Of a stretch of DNA of 64,000 nucleotides, positions 39,686 to 52,530 are shown one piece after another. Position 1 is the first letter of the stretch. Each line of letters opens with the position of its first letter. The stretch lies in contig CT868655.1 in assembly GCA_000165425.1 (NCBI GenBank), forward strand, positions 124,001 to 188,000, given 5' to 3'. Source of the DNA: Paramecium tetraurelia. Its lineage: Eukaryota. The translations under genes and the position numbers were made by a program. The notes under the pieces were generated by a model. It searched no databases, had not been told where the DNA came from, and was given only the letters and a program-made list of their open reading frames with translations.

Positions 39686-41158
39686 AAAAGAGTCTGATAT
39701 TATTATTCATTGTACCTTTTATTTTATTCAAATTGGACGATTGTACACAAACATACCATAAAATACTGAGAATTATCAACAATGAAGACAATGGTTCAGA
39801 TCAGCTATCATTTTATGAGCATTTCCTTATCATGATTATTCAAAATATATAGCTCAATTGGATAAATACAATCTCCAATCTTGATAATTGGTTAGATTAA
39901 TTAGGATCTATACCTAAAAATAATTTAATATAAAAACATATACCATCAAGGCACAAAAATTTTGCTTAATTAATTTGGGGGGAGCAATTATTTTATAACT
40001 AAAAGGCAGTGAAACTAAAATAAGTTGACAATATATTGGTTGATTCAGCCGAAGTGTATAGATTTTATCATCAAATTAGATATATGATTACAGAATGCAA
40101 TTAAAAGGATGTGTATTTTGTATGTATGCTTAAAAGAAGAGATTTCTTTAGAAACAATAACATTTATAAATAAAGAGTTGTACTCTTCTACCATTAAGAA
40201 TTTTCAAGTAAATGTTCTAATTTCTACCATTCTAGGTCTATGGAAGTGTAGTTTATCCAACCAAAGAATGGGAACTTTTGGGTAATTTTTATGCTGAAGA
40301 TTCTAATGAATGGTAGATTTTCAATTTAGAGTAACGATTCCTTAGATATTTAAAAATACACATACTAGATTTTCATAGTGCAGAATTCCATTGCACTTTA
40401 ACCCAAATTAGGTTCAGTTTATTGATATTAAATTTAGAGTGTTTGGACAAACTGTTATAGGCGATTTGATTGATTCACACAAGAGGGATCAAAAGGTCAC
40501 TAAACCAGAATCTAAGACTGCAAACTCAACATAAGAGTAATAAGAAATTAATTTAAAAGAGGTTTCAGAAGAGGAGGATCGATCTAAAATTGATACATGT
40601 TCAGTTGTTGATTATTTTTACCACACTTAACCTACTAAAAGAGTTGAAACTTAATATATAAATGTATTGCCTTATGAATCAAGACAATCACTCTTCAAAG
40701 TGACTGCTCAGAACATCCTCATATTGTCTCATAATGTAGAACTATTTAAAAATGAAATCAATCAAATTAAATAACAGGATTTACAACACTTGCAAGAATA
40801 GCAAGAAATCAGAACCTTTTAATAGTAATTGATGACTTCAATTTAAGAATAGAAACAACAAAATATAAAATTGCAAGATGAGTTAGACTTTTTAAATAAG
40901 AAGTTGTCAATCATTCTTTTTATAATATTTATGTTTATTTTACTATTAGGAGTGGCGATTATTTTATTTCTCATGAACTGTTGTAATTAAAATAAAGAAT
41001 AAAAACTTGAATAACCAAGAGCATCTGCTAAAACCCACAGCATAATAGTCAAATCCTATCCTGAATTATTGACTCATCAACTTATTGAAAATGATGCTAC
41101 CAGAAAACATATCTCTTAAGTAAAAACCTCAAATGGGAAAACAAAAAAATCAAATTGA
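39682..41158 (+). CDS. Mid-SUN (Slp1/SUCO-type) SUN-domain membrane protein, frameshifted in this sequence
   Basis: Signal-like MKKSLILLFIVPFILF; NFA..GAII..NILVDSAEVYMITEC..LKEEI..ELYSSTIKNFQVYGS..YPTKEW..RYLKI..HCTLTQIRVFG; coiled coil and C-terminal TM; frame breaks at ~39970-40020 and ~40124. Confidence 0.8.
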
Positions 41159-41198
41159 TTTTAATTTATATAAATATATATGTATAAAGGTATATCAA

Positions 41199-42037
41199 TC
41201 AACCCAATTTAATGTTCAAAAATAATATATAAAATGCAGTGTAGATGCCAAATCTTGCAGCAATTCCATACACCAAAACCGATGAAAATTTAAGTAACTA
41301 GATAAACATCATAGATTTACCTTTCTCGCATAGACCATAGCCATATGCCAAACCACTGATATCACTCCCAATAAAACACAAAATTGCCATTCTACTATTG
41401 GACTTGATATCATCATTACAAGGAATGCAAAATGTAAACCAACAAATAATGCTGCCATCCACCCAGAGGGAAGTGTTTTGATCAGAAAATCTAGAATGCT
41501 TTAATTACTTAATTACTTCTCCAATAATACTCCTCCAATATTCCTAAACCAATAACGAATAATGACATAAATAACACCATGTATGAAGTGTTTGATTCAT
41601 CAAAGTACGATTTGTAAAGTTTCGTGTTTTATGAAGAGAGAAACAATATGGTAAGAGTGAAGAAAGAAATGAATGTTATGATTGTAGACAAAATCAAGAG
41701 TTAAGTATTCTCCTTTTTGAAGATGAATTCACCCTCATTATTTTATTTATTATACCTGCCATGTAAAATTCCAAAACTCTTTTTCCTTGAGCCATAAAAA
41801 AAATGTAAAAGTAAATTACTAGTATTATTAGCATCATGTAAGTTAGTAAACATAAAAGTGCCGAAGTTGTTATGGTAAGGGCTATTTTCATTAACTAAAT
41901 TTCAAACTTATCCACGGAATGCCTATCATTCCCAACATTGTTAATTCCAAGTAAACTTGCTAACAAACTGACAATCCTAAAGGAGGAACATCGTCTACAG
42001 GATTTGTGACTGTTGCTAAATCATAACTAAGGTTCAT
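41199..42037 (-). pseudogene. Multi-pass membrane protein gene with frameshifted 5' part
   Basis: The 3' portion is open with two micro-introns and about three hydrophobic segments; the first TM can only be assembled across frame changes near 41890-41990. Confidence 0.5.
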
Positions 42038-42193
42038 TCTTTAACTGTAAAATATATTTTATATTAATGATTTTATTTGATCACAAAATAATCATGATGC
42101 TATTCTTACTTCGTATTAATTTTGTTTTAAACAATGTAGTTAAAAACGAAATCCATTAAATATTTTCTAATACAATTGTAAAAAACAATAAAT

Positions 42194-42622
42194 ATGTCTC
42201 TACATTCCTCATTCGGCTATGATAGTCTTCGCTCAGTCATTTTTGCAAAAGCAATTAAAAAGTGTGAATGTACTAATCAACGTTAATATAATAGAAATTT
42301 AAAATGAGTATTATTCATCAGAAAGTTGTTCTGATGTAAAGAGTAGCATTTCCTCTGATTCAGAAAAGCACATATTTGACAGGTATAATAACATTTAACA
42401 TTATTTCTAGAGAATTTGCCTCTGAATCTGCTGAACCAAAAGTTGTTTTCAATAATCAACAATCTCCTCTCTCTTAGTTTAATACTCAACAATGAATTTA
42501 TATAAATAAGCAATTATACAAAAATACACAATCAATGACTCTTCTATAATTTTCACTCTTTGTTAATGGATATATACTATGGGATTGCCATATTCCACTA
42601 TATTTGAAACAAAAACAGTGAT
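42194..42622 (+). CDS. Small hypothetical protein (end uncertain)
   Basis: ATG 42194; two GT..AG micro-introns give a Ser-rich frame; first TGA at ~42493. Confidence 0.35.
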
Positions 42623-43284
42623 AAGGTAGCAATTGCGATTCCCTCTAAAATAATTGAATCAAATTCAAAGAGAAATATTAACTAAAAAATGATAAAACAT
42701 TTCTATCCATATTTAATTAAATTAAGTCCTTTTAATAAGATAAATTCTTAATAATTATTATTATATAAATCGTGTATTAAACATTTAGTATAGTTATTAT
42801 TAATTACTAAAAAGGATTCATACAGAAACAAAAAAATAAAATTTATTGTAAATTTATTTCAAATTTAAAAATAATTTATATCAGTTTAACATATAACTAC
42901 TTATAACTAATATAAAATTTAAATTGAATGGGATAATTAATTACATCAAGGGACTCTTAATACTGATTTCGAATTTCACCTTCTTTTGACAATAGGTGAA
43001 TTAGTTTCAAATAAAAATTCCTTATCATGAATGTTTCTCAAAATTTCCCATTCTAATATTTATATAGTATTGAGTTTATTATCATAATTCAAGATATATA
43101 AACTATGAAATCATTGATTTAATTCAGGTTAAAAATCTTAACTGAATAGAAAGTAAAATAAAGAGATAATAATACATTATAATTTTAATTTTAAGTATCA
43201 GAAGGCTATGAAGGGATAATAAAGTTAGAAATACTTTGAAATTTAAGAAATATATTGAATAAATATTTATGAATTAAAGACTCT

Positions 43285-44870
43285 TCAATTACCATAGATG
43301 TTAAGTTGCTTATCTAAACTACAACTGTAAATATTTTTGTTGAATTCAGCAAATCTAAAAATAATAATGTATTAAATTACCTGATAGCAGTCACAGTATC
43401 TCTATGACTTTCAAATTTGAAGAATTCTTATTATTTTTTTATGTCAAATAAATGTATATTCTTATTCTCACCTACAGCTAAGTAGGCTCCTGATGTATCA
43501 TATGAGATACTGCCTAAAGAAAATAGAATCTAATAATACTTATTTTTTATGATTGAAACAAATTTTAGAACAAACCAGGATTTCTTAAATCCCATTAAAA
43601 AACTTGAGTTTCTGAAACTGATGCCAAATTCACTCCATTTTCAGAAAATGCCACTTGATTTATAGATCCCTAATATTATTACATTTTTGATTACTTCTTA
43701 TCCTTCAAATTGAGCAACCAATTATCCTGATGTAATCTTCCAAATTTTAATCTAAGAATTTTCTTATCCAATTGCTAATAACAATCCATCAGGATGAATA
43801 GCAACTGATGTAAACTTGCATTATCCTTCAAAATCAGTAACTTTACTAATTTAGACACCAGATCTTAAGTCATAAAATAACAAAAGTCCTTCAGAAGTCA
43901 CAATAACAGCAATGTAGCCAAGAGGATGAATAGCTAATCCAGTGATATTCTATCCTACTTTCACAGTTTAAGTTATGACTCCCTCATTAGTTTCAGTGTT
44001 AAATTTGTAAATAACTAAATCTCCATCTGAAGTTGATGAAACAAATCTTAAATGCTCATCAATTGTAAAGAATCTGATTGCATTTATTAGTTGATTTTGT
44101 TATTGATTCTAATACAATAAAGCCTCAAAACGATAAAGTGAAATCAAACCTGTTTATCCTCCTACTATCACATAATTAGCTTAAATGTCTAATGATGTAC
44201 CACCTTAAGTTTAAGTGTGTTATTACTTGATTTCATAATTTGATAAAATCTAAAATATTGAATAGGAGTACCTAAGAATTAGGAAATTATTCAAAATATG
44301 ATTATTGCTTTCTCAAAAGTTTTCTCTAGCTTGTTAATTTTAATGCAGTTTATTCTATATCAGCCAAGTAATTTGCTGATAATTTTTCAGGAACATTATT
44401 AGTTTCTACTTCTACTTTATGATTTAATTTATTTTGTAATTGCGCTAATTCTATTCTGGCTAAATCTCTCTCTTTTATTAGTTTTGCTATCACGCGACAT
44501 GCAGCATCATGTTAATAAAGTGCATGAGTTAATTCATGTCTTACTTATTCCAAATGTTATTTCAATTAAAATTACTCCAATAATAATGCGTCCCACTCGT
44601 TTTATAAAAGGGATAGCAATGAAGGTATTGATGTAGCTGTCACTGGTCTTGGCTTTTGAATTTTGGCTACTTTAACCTGAATGTTTGAAATTATATTATT
44701 ACTTCAATTAGGTCTTCTAAATTCAAAGGTCTTCCAGTTATTGGACATGTGCCTGTACTTTCAATATGCTTCTCAATCAATCTTTTTTCATATATATGTC
44801 CACTCACTTTAGAAATTACTGGTGTTTCAATCAACTCACCAGATAGTGCACAAGTTTACCAGGATTACAT
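43285..44870 (-). CDS. PRP19: Pre-mRNA splicing factor PRP19 (U-box, coiled coil, WD40)
   Basis: CALSGELIETPVISKVSGHIYEKRLIEKHI..CPITG; TSIPSLLSLLQNEWDA..ELTHALYQHDAACRVIA; WD repeats with HPDGLL and FSENG. Confidence 0.97.
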
Positions 44871-44920
44871 ATATTAATGATATGAATTTATTTGAATATT
44901 TATTAAACTTATGTGAATCA

Positions 44921-45301
44921 TCATTATTTTGTAATTTCTGTCTTAAGATTGTCAAATGAATCTACTGGAACATATTAGGCAAGAGTGTAATACTTTCCTT
45001 TACCATCATCCTCTTCCTTCTTCTTTCTTTGCAATCTAACCCTAATCCTTCTTGGTAAATTACGAATTCCTCTTGCCCAAATAGCCTCATTTAATTATGG
45101 ATCAACTCTCACATCATCAGTTAACATATTTTTTTAAGCTAAACAATCCCTTCACTTTTTACCAAATCTAACAATGTGACTCACTGCTCTGGGTGCCTTT
45201 CTCTTAAAAGTCTCCTTGTGAACAGCTTTATGAAGATTTATTGTATAGTCTCTGCTTACTTCACCTAAAGGATTAGGCTTTCCCTTTTCTTTCTTTCCCA
45301 T
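44921..45301 (-). CDS. RPL31: 60S ribosomal protein eL31
   Basis: [45 protein letters not shown]; one micro-intron. Confidence 0.97.
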
Positions 45302-45695
45302 TAATTAAAATCTTTAAAATTAATTTTAAAAAGCAAATAATTCTCAAAAATTTTTAGAGAAGAACATTAGGTTGTAAATTTACTTAAGGTTTGATTAAAT
45401 GATCCAGTCTCATGTTTTCTATATCTATTTTAATCATATATTGATTCATTAGAAATACATCCTATTTCATTTAATAAACAAAGCATTTACTAAATTATGT
45501 AAATACATTTTATTAAATTAGGGGATGTTTTTATAATTTAATTAAAATCTCATTAAATCTTTAGTGTTCATATCTCTAACTTGATTGAGGAGTATAAATT
45601 TAGAAAGCATAAAGATCAAGGATTTGTTAGAAGTAATCCTATCCACAATTCGTAAATGATTAGTATAAAGGTGATTTGTTAATAATTAAATAATA

Positions 45696-46228
45696 TCAAA
45701 AGTCATAATTTGAATATTTTAGAGAGGAGAGGGATTAGGGATCTTGAGTACCAATGAATAACTTTTTGACATACTTTAGAACCACTTCTGAGTCACTTAT
45801 CTTTGTAGACTTCAGTATATCCTTTATGATTTAGAAACTGGAGAAATACTCTTTGCAAATGAATCTGGCCTGTTCATTAGAGAAGAGGACCTTCAGATCT
45901 TTGCGAGTGTAGTTCTTTTTGTTGTTAACTTTGCTTATAAACTTTTTTATAGTTATATTCTATCTGGCTAAATCTTTGTAATTATTGACTAAATATAAAA
46001 ATTATAATTACTAAAGTAATTCTTAATAAGGACTCCCATATTTTTTGGGATATTCTTTGCCTCTTGATGACTTTTATTTTATTAATTCTAATTTTGTATG
46101 GAGTCAAGACTAGAATATCCTTTCTCTCTTTCTTATTAATCGCAAACCTCAAATAAACTTTTTTCTTCCAAATTATTTAAAGTAGATGGATTTAATGGAT
46201 CATCAAGCTCGAAAAATAAATATGACAT
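45696..46228 (-). CDS. Hypothetical protein (likely ciliate-specific family)
   Basis: MSYLFFELDDPL...AKNIPKNMGVLIKNYF...; 23-nt intron; TGA 45696-45698. Confidence 0.7.
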
Positions 46229-46483
46229 AATTTTAATTATTTATTAATCTTAAAATAGTTTTTAAGTTTAGTATTTTCAAATTAAACGTGTAGTTCCCCA
46301 TTAGATTTTGCGAGTTTTAATCAGATTGGACGAGATGACTAAGTATTGGAAGGAGAGTTAGATAAAGAAATGAATATTTATTATTCATTTTCAAAAGCAA
46401 TTATAAATAAAAGTTTGATTTGGTAACATTGCATCGAATAGTTGATTTTGAAAGTGTTTTTATATAAAAAAAGATATTAATTT

Positions 46484-47261
46484 ATGGTTTACAAAATCAG
46501 AAACAAGTCATTCTTCTGGACCAGAGCTGGATGGAAAAACAACTGGCATCCTAAGAATTTCAATGCCCCAAGACCATCAAGCTCAGAATTCACCATCGGT
46601 ATCAGATGTCGTTATGATCATAATTCATTTTTGAGAGGCAATGAAATAAATTTAATTAATTAGCATACCATTCATACAGAAAGATCTCAAGACACTGCAA
46701 GTAGTACTTCTTTGGCAACAAGGAATTAGAAGAATTATTTTAGATGGGTTTGAGAACATTTTTCATTGTGCCTCACATTGCTGAATGTCAAGTCACTCAA
46801 ATCAAGCATGGTGGTGAAAGAAGAATGGTTGATTAAATCGATAGAGATTTTGAATTAGTATCTTACAATTCTCATCCATATTAATTGTTTACATACACTG
46901 TTTGGAATTAATATTTGGCCAATCAACAAGAAGCTTATGAATAGAGAAAGAATGGTGGCCAGGCTATTGAGGATCAAGTGATCGATCACATTAGGTATGT
47001 ATTTTGAGTACTATTCCGAAGCGAATTGGTGAAAGATGAAAAGGCAAAATTGGGAGCTGGAAAACAATTGAGCATTGAGAAAACAGCTGAGATTGTCATG
47101 AATGTGATGAGACAATTGAGAGCAGCCTAATAGAGACCCCATCTTAATAATAGGTAGAGATTTAGTACTTATAGGGAAGACGTGCTGATGGAGAATTTGA
47201 TGATTTCCTTGAATAGAGAAGACCATTCACAGCTCCAAATAACTAATCAGCTACTCATTGA
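46484..47261 (+). CDS. Conserved ciliate mitochondrial protein, probably ATP synthase subunit ATPTT4-like
   Basis: MVYKIRNKSFFWTRAGWKNNWHPKNFNAPRPS...SRHCKQYF...QIKHGGERR..DRDFEL..DFLEQRRPF; resembles, from memory, Tetrahymena ATPTT4 (not verified by search); three micro-introns, the first GC-AG. Confidence 0.7.
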
Positions 47262-47320
47262 GCTGATTATATTAAAAACAATATATAACAACTTATTAAT
47301 TATATTATTTATGTATTATT

Positions 47321-49241
47321 TCAATATTGTAAAGCTTCCTAAGCATAGAATTTAACATCTCTGTCGTTGTCATCAGTCAATTCATTTATTGCTCTATGTT
47401 ATTATTAAATGAATACTATTTTATTTGATTCAAAGTGCCTTGATGATCAATCTTCTTTGATAATTATTTAGCCACTCTTATACTAACAAATCTAATATTA
47501 GGAACATTGTCCTTCATGCACTTCTAAACAATTGGCCACAACTTATCTTGAATCATAGGTCCATCAGCCACTACACCAATTTATTAGATGGCATATAAGG
47601 CATTCATTCTATACAAGAATCCAGTATCCTTATTTAGAGTCTCCAAACATTTAGACAAAAAACTTCCCAATGCCCAATCGATTTTGTAAGTTTAGATTAA
47701 ATCATTCAATCTGCTCAATCCTATGGTTCTAACCTCAGCTGCCCTATCCTTCAAAAATAACACATAGACTGGTTCTAAATGTTTCAAGAATATGTCTGTA
47801 TTTTTTATGGTTCTAGGTTGATATATCAGAAATACAATGCTAAATGGAAGACAGTCATCATTGTTTCCTTTCTAACTCTCCATTTGGGATCTTCCATGCT
47901 CTTTTTCAAATGAGGAATAAATTGGCCGAGTGCATCAGGTCCAAGAGCTCCAGCAAATATTCCAACGGATTGTGCTGCATTCTTTCTGACATCTTGATTG
48001 TCATCACTCATCAATTCAATCAAATAGGATTGCAGTTTGCTTTAACTAATTTCCTTAGGTAAAATAGTAGCAATCTATCCAATAACTAAACAAGCATTTT
48101 CTAAGTGATTATGAATATATAATGTATACATTTCACTTATGCAAATGCGTCCTTTGCTAATAATTGTAATAAGGGAATAATGAGGTTTAGTTTTTCTGGA
48201 GACACAAACTTGATAAATTTAGCCAAACTTTTCACAGCTATTACTCTGACATCACTTTCAGGATCTTTTAGTAAGTTTGAAAAGATCTAAATTAATGAGG
48301 AGTCTGCAATCTCTTTACCCACTGCTTCAGCTAACTAGATGTTTAAGACTTATCAAATACCTCTGCAAATATCTTTGACAAAGCCAATCTGACTCTCCAT
48401 GATTTGTCTTCTGCTGAAGATATGATCAATGGTAAGATATTGGTCTTGTTTTCATTGATGTTTAGAATCTTAGCAATGTTCATTATGCTTTCCATACACA
48501 ATAATCTAACTTAATCCTATTCATCTTAACATAATTGTTTCAAAACAGCTATCAGAACTTCTATCACATGATTTTTATCCATGTATTATGCTATTTCACC
48601 TATTTTAGTGGCTACTGCTCTTCTAACCATTGGAGTTTCTTCGCTGCATAATTCGGTGAATTTCCTTAGATTTTAAATTCACATAAAATACTATCTGAGC
48701 TTTTCTTTCTAATTTCCTGATCTAGAATACATGGGACACATTAAACTGACGGCAGAGACTCTACAGGTAAAATTGGCCTCATTTGAAGCTAGTTTTAAAA
48801 TCTAATAATTCTGAATAAGTCTTACCATGGGGACAATTGTGTTGGCAATTTCATTGTCTTATAAAAAATTACATACAATTGCGATTGATTTGACAGCTTA
48901 TTCTCGTACCACAGTCTCATCAAATCCTGCCAATTGTTCCAAAATTGGCAACAAGCATATCGATTATTATGGAATGATTTAACTAAATTAGCCTATTTAA
49001 ATACGCAATATAGCCTAATTCTTCTGCCATTGCAAATAAGACTTCATCATCTTCTTTCTTCATCAATGCTACAGAATGATAATCAAATATTACTTTCAAA
49101 ATATGGCAAAAGAACAGACCTTATTTTATCGGTTCCTAATAGTGTTGCGATAATTCTAGCTCTGTGCATAGCATTGACTTTCAGATAAACTTCCTCATTT
49201 TCCATATCCTCCTTGAAAACATCTATTGGATTATCACCCAT
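47321..49241 (-). CDS. PPP2R1: Protein phosphatase 2A scaffold (A/PR65) subunit, HEAT repeats
   Basis: DDEVLFAMAE, ETVVREQAV, EETPMVRRAVA, DEQDQVRL, DKSWRVR, DPESDVR, DPKWRVR, DNVPNIRF. Confidence 0.95.
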
Positions 49242-49302
49242 ATTTGATTGATTTAAATCTTTAATTATATATAATATATTATATATTTTTTACGATATAG
49301 AT

Positions 49303-51153
49303 TCAATTTACATACTCTGACAATCCCAAATCGGCTGCCTCCTGCAATGCCTTACTTAACATATCCTAAACAAAAGTCTAATCTGATTTTAATGACAGAG
49401 ATTTGTGATAATAATGGATGGCCTTGCTCAGACTGTTTGGTAACTCGCTCAAATGATATGAAAATGCCAATCCAAAAAATATTTATGGAGAAACTGAATT
49501 TAACTACAATAGATCTCATCAAATTACCTAGATGCACTTTTCAAATATTTAAATGGCATTTTTGTAATCCCTTTACTTTCTAAAGGTGTGTCCCAAATTC
49601 TAAAGTGCAGATTCTCTAATCTTGTGATTTGAATTTTGACAGAACACTAAAGCATTCAAGAAATACTATATTTCACATTATATTTTACATCTTTGGCTTC
49701 ATTATATTTCTTCTGCTTATAAGCAATGACTCCCAATTCATTTTGAATCATGGGATCAGTAGGATTGATGTCCTTAGCCTATTACAAAGACAAGATTGCA
49801 GTCTACAAATTGTTTGTTCTCAGATACTCCATTCCAATATAAACATGAGCCTGATAACAACCAGGGAATTGTCGAGTGATCGATCTGTATATCGACATGG
49901 CCTAATCTGACTCATCTTGAATAGCATAAGAATGAGCCAACCCAATCCAACTATAAATGAGATGCTAATCCAATTGAATGGATTTCTGGAACTATTTCCT
50001 TGCTACTTCATACTTTCTAGTTGAGAAGTAGTATACTCCAACAACAAACCAACTCAACGCATTTGATGAATAGTTTTCTATCAAATTATGAGCACAAAAG
50101 TATAATTCTGCTATCTAATCCAATTCCAATAAACACGATACATATGTTGGAATCACATCAAAATACAATGGATCTTATTTGATTGCCTTTAGTGACCAAT
50201 CATATGCAGATGCAATATCATAACTATAATAAGCCTTCTTAGCTTTGACATTCAGAATGTCGATATTATTCTTCTTGTCCAATGTTAAGTAGACTAAATC
50301 ATTTTGAATTGGAATTTCCTCCTTTCTAATGTAAGGACTCCTTATGGGAGATGGCTTCATTTGTTGAGTCTCCACTTTATCCACTATTTATAATTACTAG
50401 GCTATCTTTCTTTTCTCTTCTTACAAATGATCTGCTATTTTCTGATTCCCAATATCGCAATTTATTGTCTTGCTTACATAATAGTCTTTTAACCAAGCCT
50501 CATCTGAGTTCAGTTGTATTTATTGAATTAGATTCTCCTTCTCATCAGAGGAGATCAAATAGGAATCTACTAACTATTAAAACACTCGCACATTCGTAGG
50601 AGTCTTCTGTAAACACTCGTAGTAATTTGAGACTGCCAATTATTTGTTTTCCAATGCCTCATAACATTGTCCTCTTATCCAATCACTTTATGATGTGGGT
50701 TCTTCTTGCAATATCTCTATTCCTAATTCATATTGCTTATTTGCATACAAGGCCCTAGCAGCTAATACTGCAAAATCCCCTTATGTTAGTTTGTGCTTTA
50801 AAAACAAATTATAAACTCCTGAATATTCTGCATTCGCAAAATGACACTAAAATTATTAGTAATATTACAATTCCAAGCATAAATACCAAATATGCCTATG
50901 TATTTTAATCCTGATTCAAACATAACAATTTCTCAGCAAAAAATATAGCCTACTTGTATTGTCCCTAAAGATAGCTACTAATTCCCAGTTGATATATATT
51001 CATAAATGATGGATTATTTAACAATTGACTTGCAAAAATTGAATTCGACGATGGATTGAAATAAGGAAGTTGTACTTCATAATACATATTCGAGTATTTC
51101 TAAGGTTCGCTAGATGGTCTGATTATTTTTGATGTCTTTTTTTGAATTGACAT
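49303..51153 (-). CDS. CDC16: Anaphase-promoting complex subunit 6 (CDC16/Cut9), TPR protein
   Basis: AIFFAEKL, RGQCYEALEN, LYFCAHNLIENY..LSWFVVGVYY, WIGLAHSYAIQDESDQAM, YIGMEY, DPMIQNELGVIAY. Confidence 0.92.
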
Positions 51154-51197
51154 TAAACAATAATGTTTTAAAATTTGAATTTTTATATATTAATTTT

Positions 51198-51669
51198 ATG
51201 TTAATTCTAATTATACTAACTTTTGTACATGCTTTTTAAGAATAAAAAGTTATGGCCAATCTAAATCAACCTTAATTGCATTGTTTAGACATTCAAACTG
51301 ATAACAAACTCTACGATATTAAAGTATCCTTTCTGGGAAGTGTAGGCATTGACATCTCAATGTTTTGGCAATCTCAATAATAATCATTTATTGAAACCAT
51401 CAACAATTATTAACCAATGGACACTGTTAAATTAAGATTCAGAAACGATGCAAACAGAAATGAAAATTGCTTCTATGTCGTTGGATATTAAATCTCAAGA
51501 GGATTGACACATGACACTGAATTCTAATATATTATTAGTATGGTTTCATATTTTATCAAATTTAGAATTAGAAGAAGTCTTAATAGATGACCTAAATTGG
51601 ACCTACTTAAGTTAATATCTTTTTGTTATAGTCGTCCCACTTATAGTTGTGTAATTTATTAAATAATGA
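51198..51669 (+). CDS. Small type-I membrane protein (signal peptide plus C-terminal TM)
   Basis: MLILIILTFVHA...YDIKVSFLGSVG...28-nt intron...YLFVIVVPLIVVQFIKQ-stop. Confidence 0.65.
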
Positions 51670-51766
51670 GTGGATATATTATAAATATTTTTTATTATCG
51701 ATCTCTATATAGCACTATTTCTGATGTCTATCAAATTTTTACATCAGACTTCTCCTACCAAAGGTG

Positions 51767-51773
51767 TATATAA
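51767..51773 (+). promoter_or_regulatory. TATA-like element ~25-30 nt upstream of the 5S rRNA gene
   Basis: TATATAA at the position expected for a Pol III upstream element; the AT-rich background weakens this. Confidence 0.35.
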
Positions 51774-51795
51774 CCCTAAATTCATTGTAAATATC

Positions 51796-51915
51796 GTTGT
51801 CGGCCATACTAAGCCTAAAGCACCGGATCCCATTCGAACTCCGAAGTTAAGCGGCTTAAGGCGAGGTTAGTACTAAGGTGGGGGACCGCTTGGGAAGTCC
51901 TCGTGTTGACAACCC
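51796..51915 (+). rRNA. 5S rRNA: 5S ribosomal RNA
   Basis: GTTGTCGGCCATACT...CCGGATCCCATTCGAACTCCGAAGTTAAGC...GTTAGTACT...GGGGACCGCTTGGGAA...GACAAC; terminal helix GTTGTC/GACAAC; ~120 nt GC-rich island. Confidence 0.98.
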
Positions 51916-51922
51916 TTTTTTT
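51916..51922 (+). terminator. RNA polymerase III terminator (T7 run)
   Basis: T-run immediately after the 5S 3' end. Confidence 0.85.
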
Positions 51923-52530
51923 ATTTTATTGATTCTAAAATTTAATCCTGTTATACGAATTATTAAGATTATAAAATAATCTTTGATATTTGTATTATTT
52001 TATTATCATATTTAATTTTATGTTTATGAGGATTAAAAATGAAAATTATCTCATTGATGCTTTGATTCTTTATGAACCTTGATCTCCATTGAAAAAATTA
52101 AAAGAATAAATAATTACACCAATTTTATCTTAGTTGCACCTTTGTAAACAATTTTAATCATGTATATGACAACATTGAGTTCAAAGAAATAGTATAAATA
52201 TTAAAATATTTTCACTTCATTTCTCTTAAAATAGTTAAAGATACAATTGCCGTGATCTATATATGTAAATTTTGAATTAAATCATGATAATTTGCTTAAT
52301 TTTATAATGTCTAGGGTTAATTAAGAATTGAAAATATCAAATACATGTTATATTTTCCATTTATAAATATATATATACTAATATTTTTGATAGATATACA
52401 TCTTCGGAACTCTAAAATTTGATAATTAAGATACGTCCTCCAAGAAGGATATCATCTATAATGAACAAAAGATATTTAATTCAATAAATTTACAATATGT
52501 ATAATTAAAGATAATTTAGAATTTTTTCGA

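Noticed and set aside
46280..46370. Slightly GC-richer intergenic patch as a possible ncRNA
   Set aside because: No tRNA, snRNA or snoRNA boxes and no convincing stem recognised.
51229..51507. Alternative 92-codon ORF overlapping the small membrane-protein gene
   Set aside because: The other frame gives a signal peptide, a canonical intron and a C-terminal TM, which is far more coherent.
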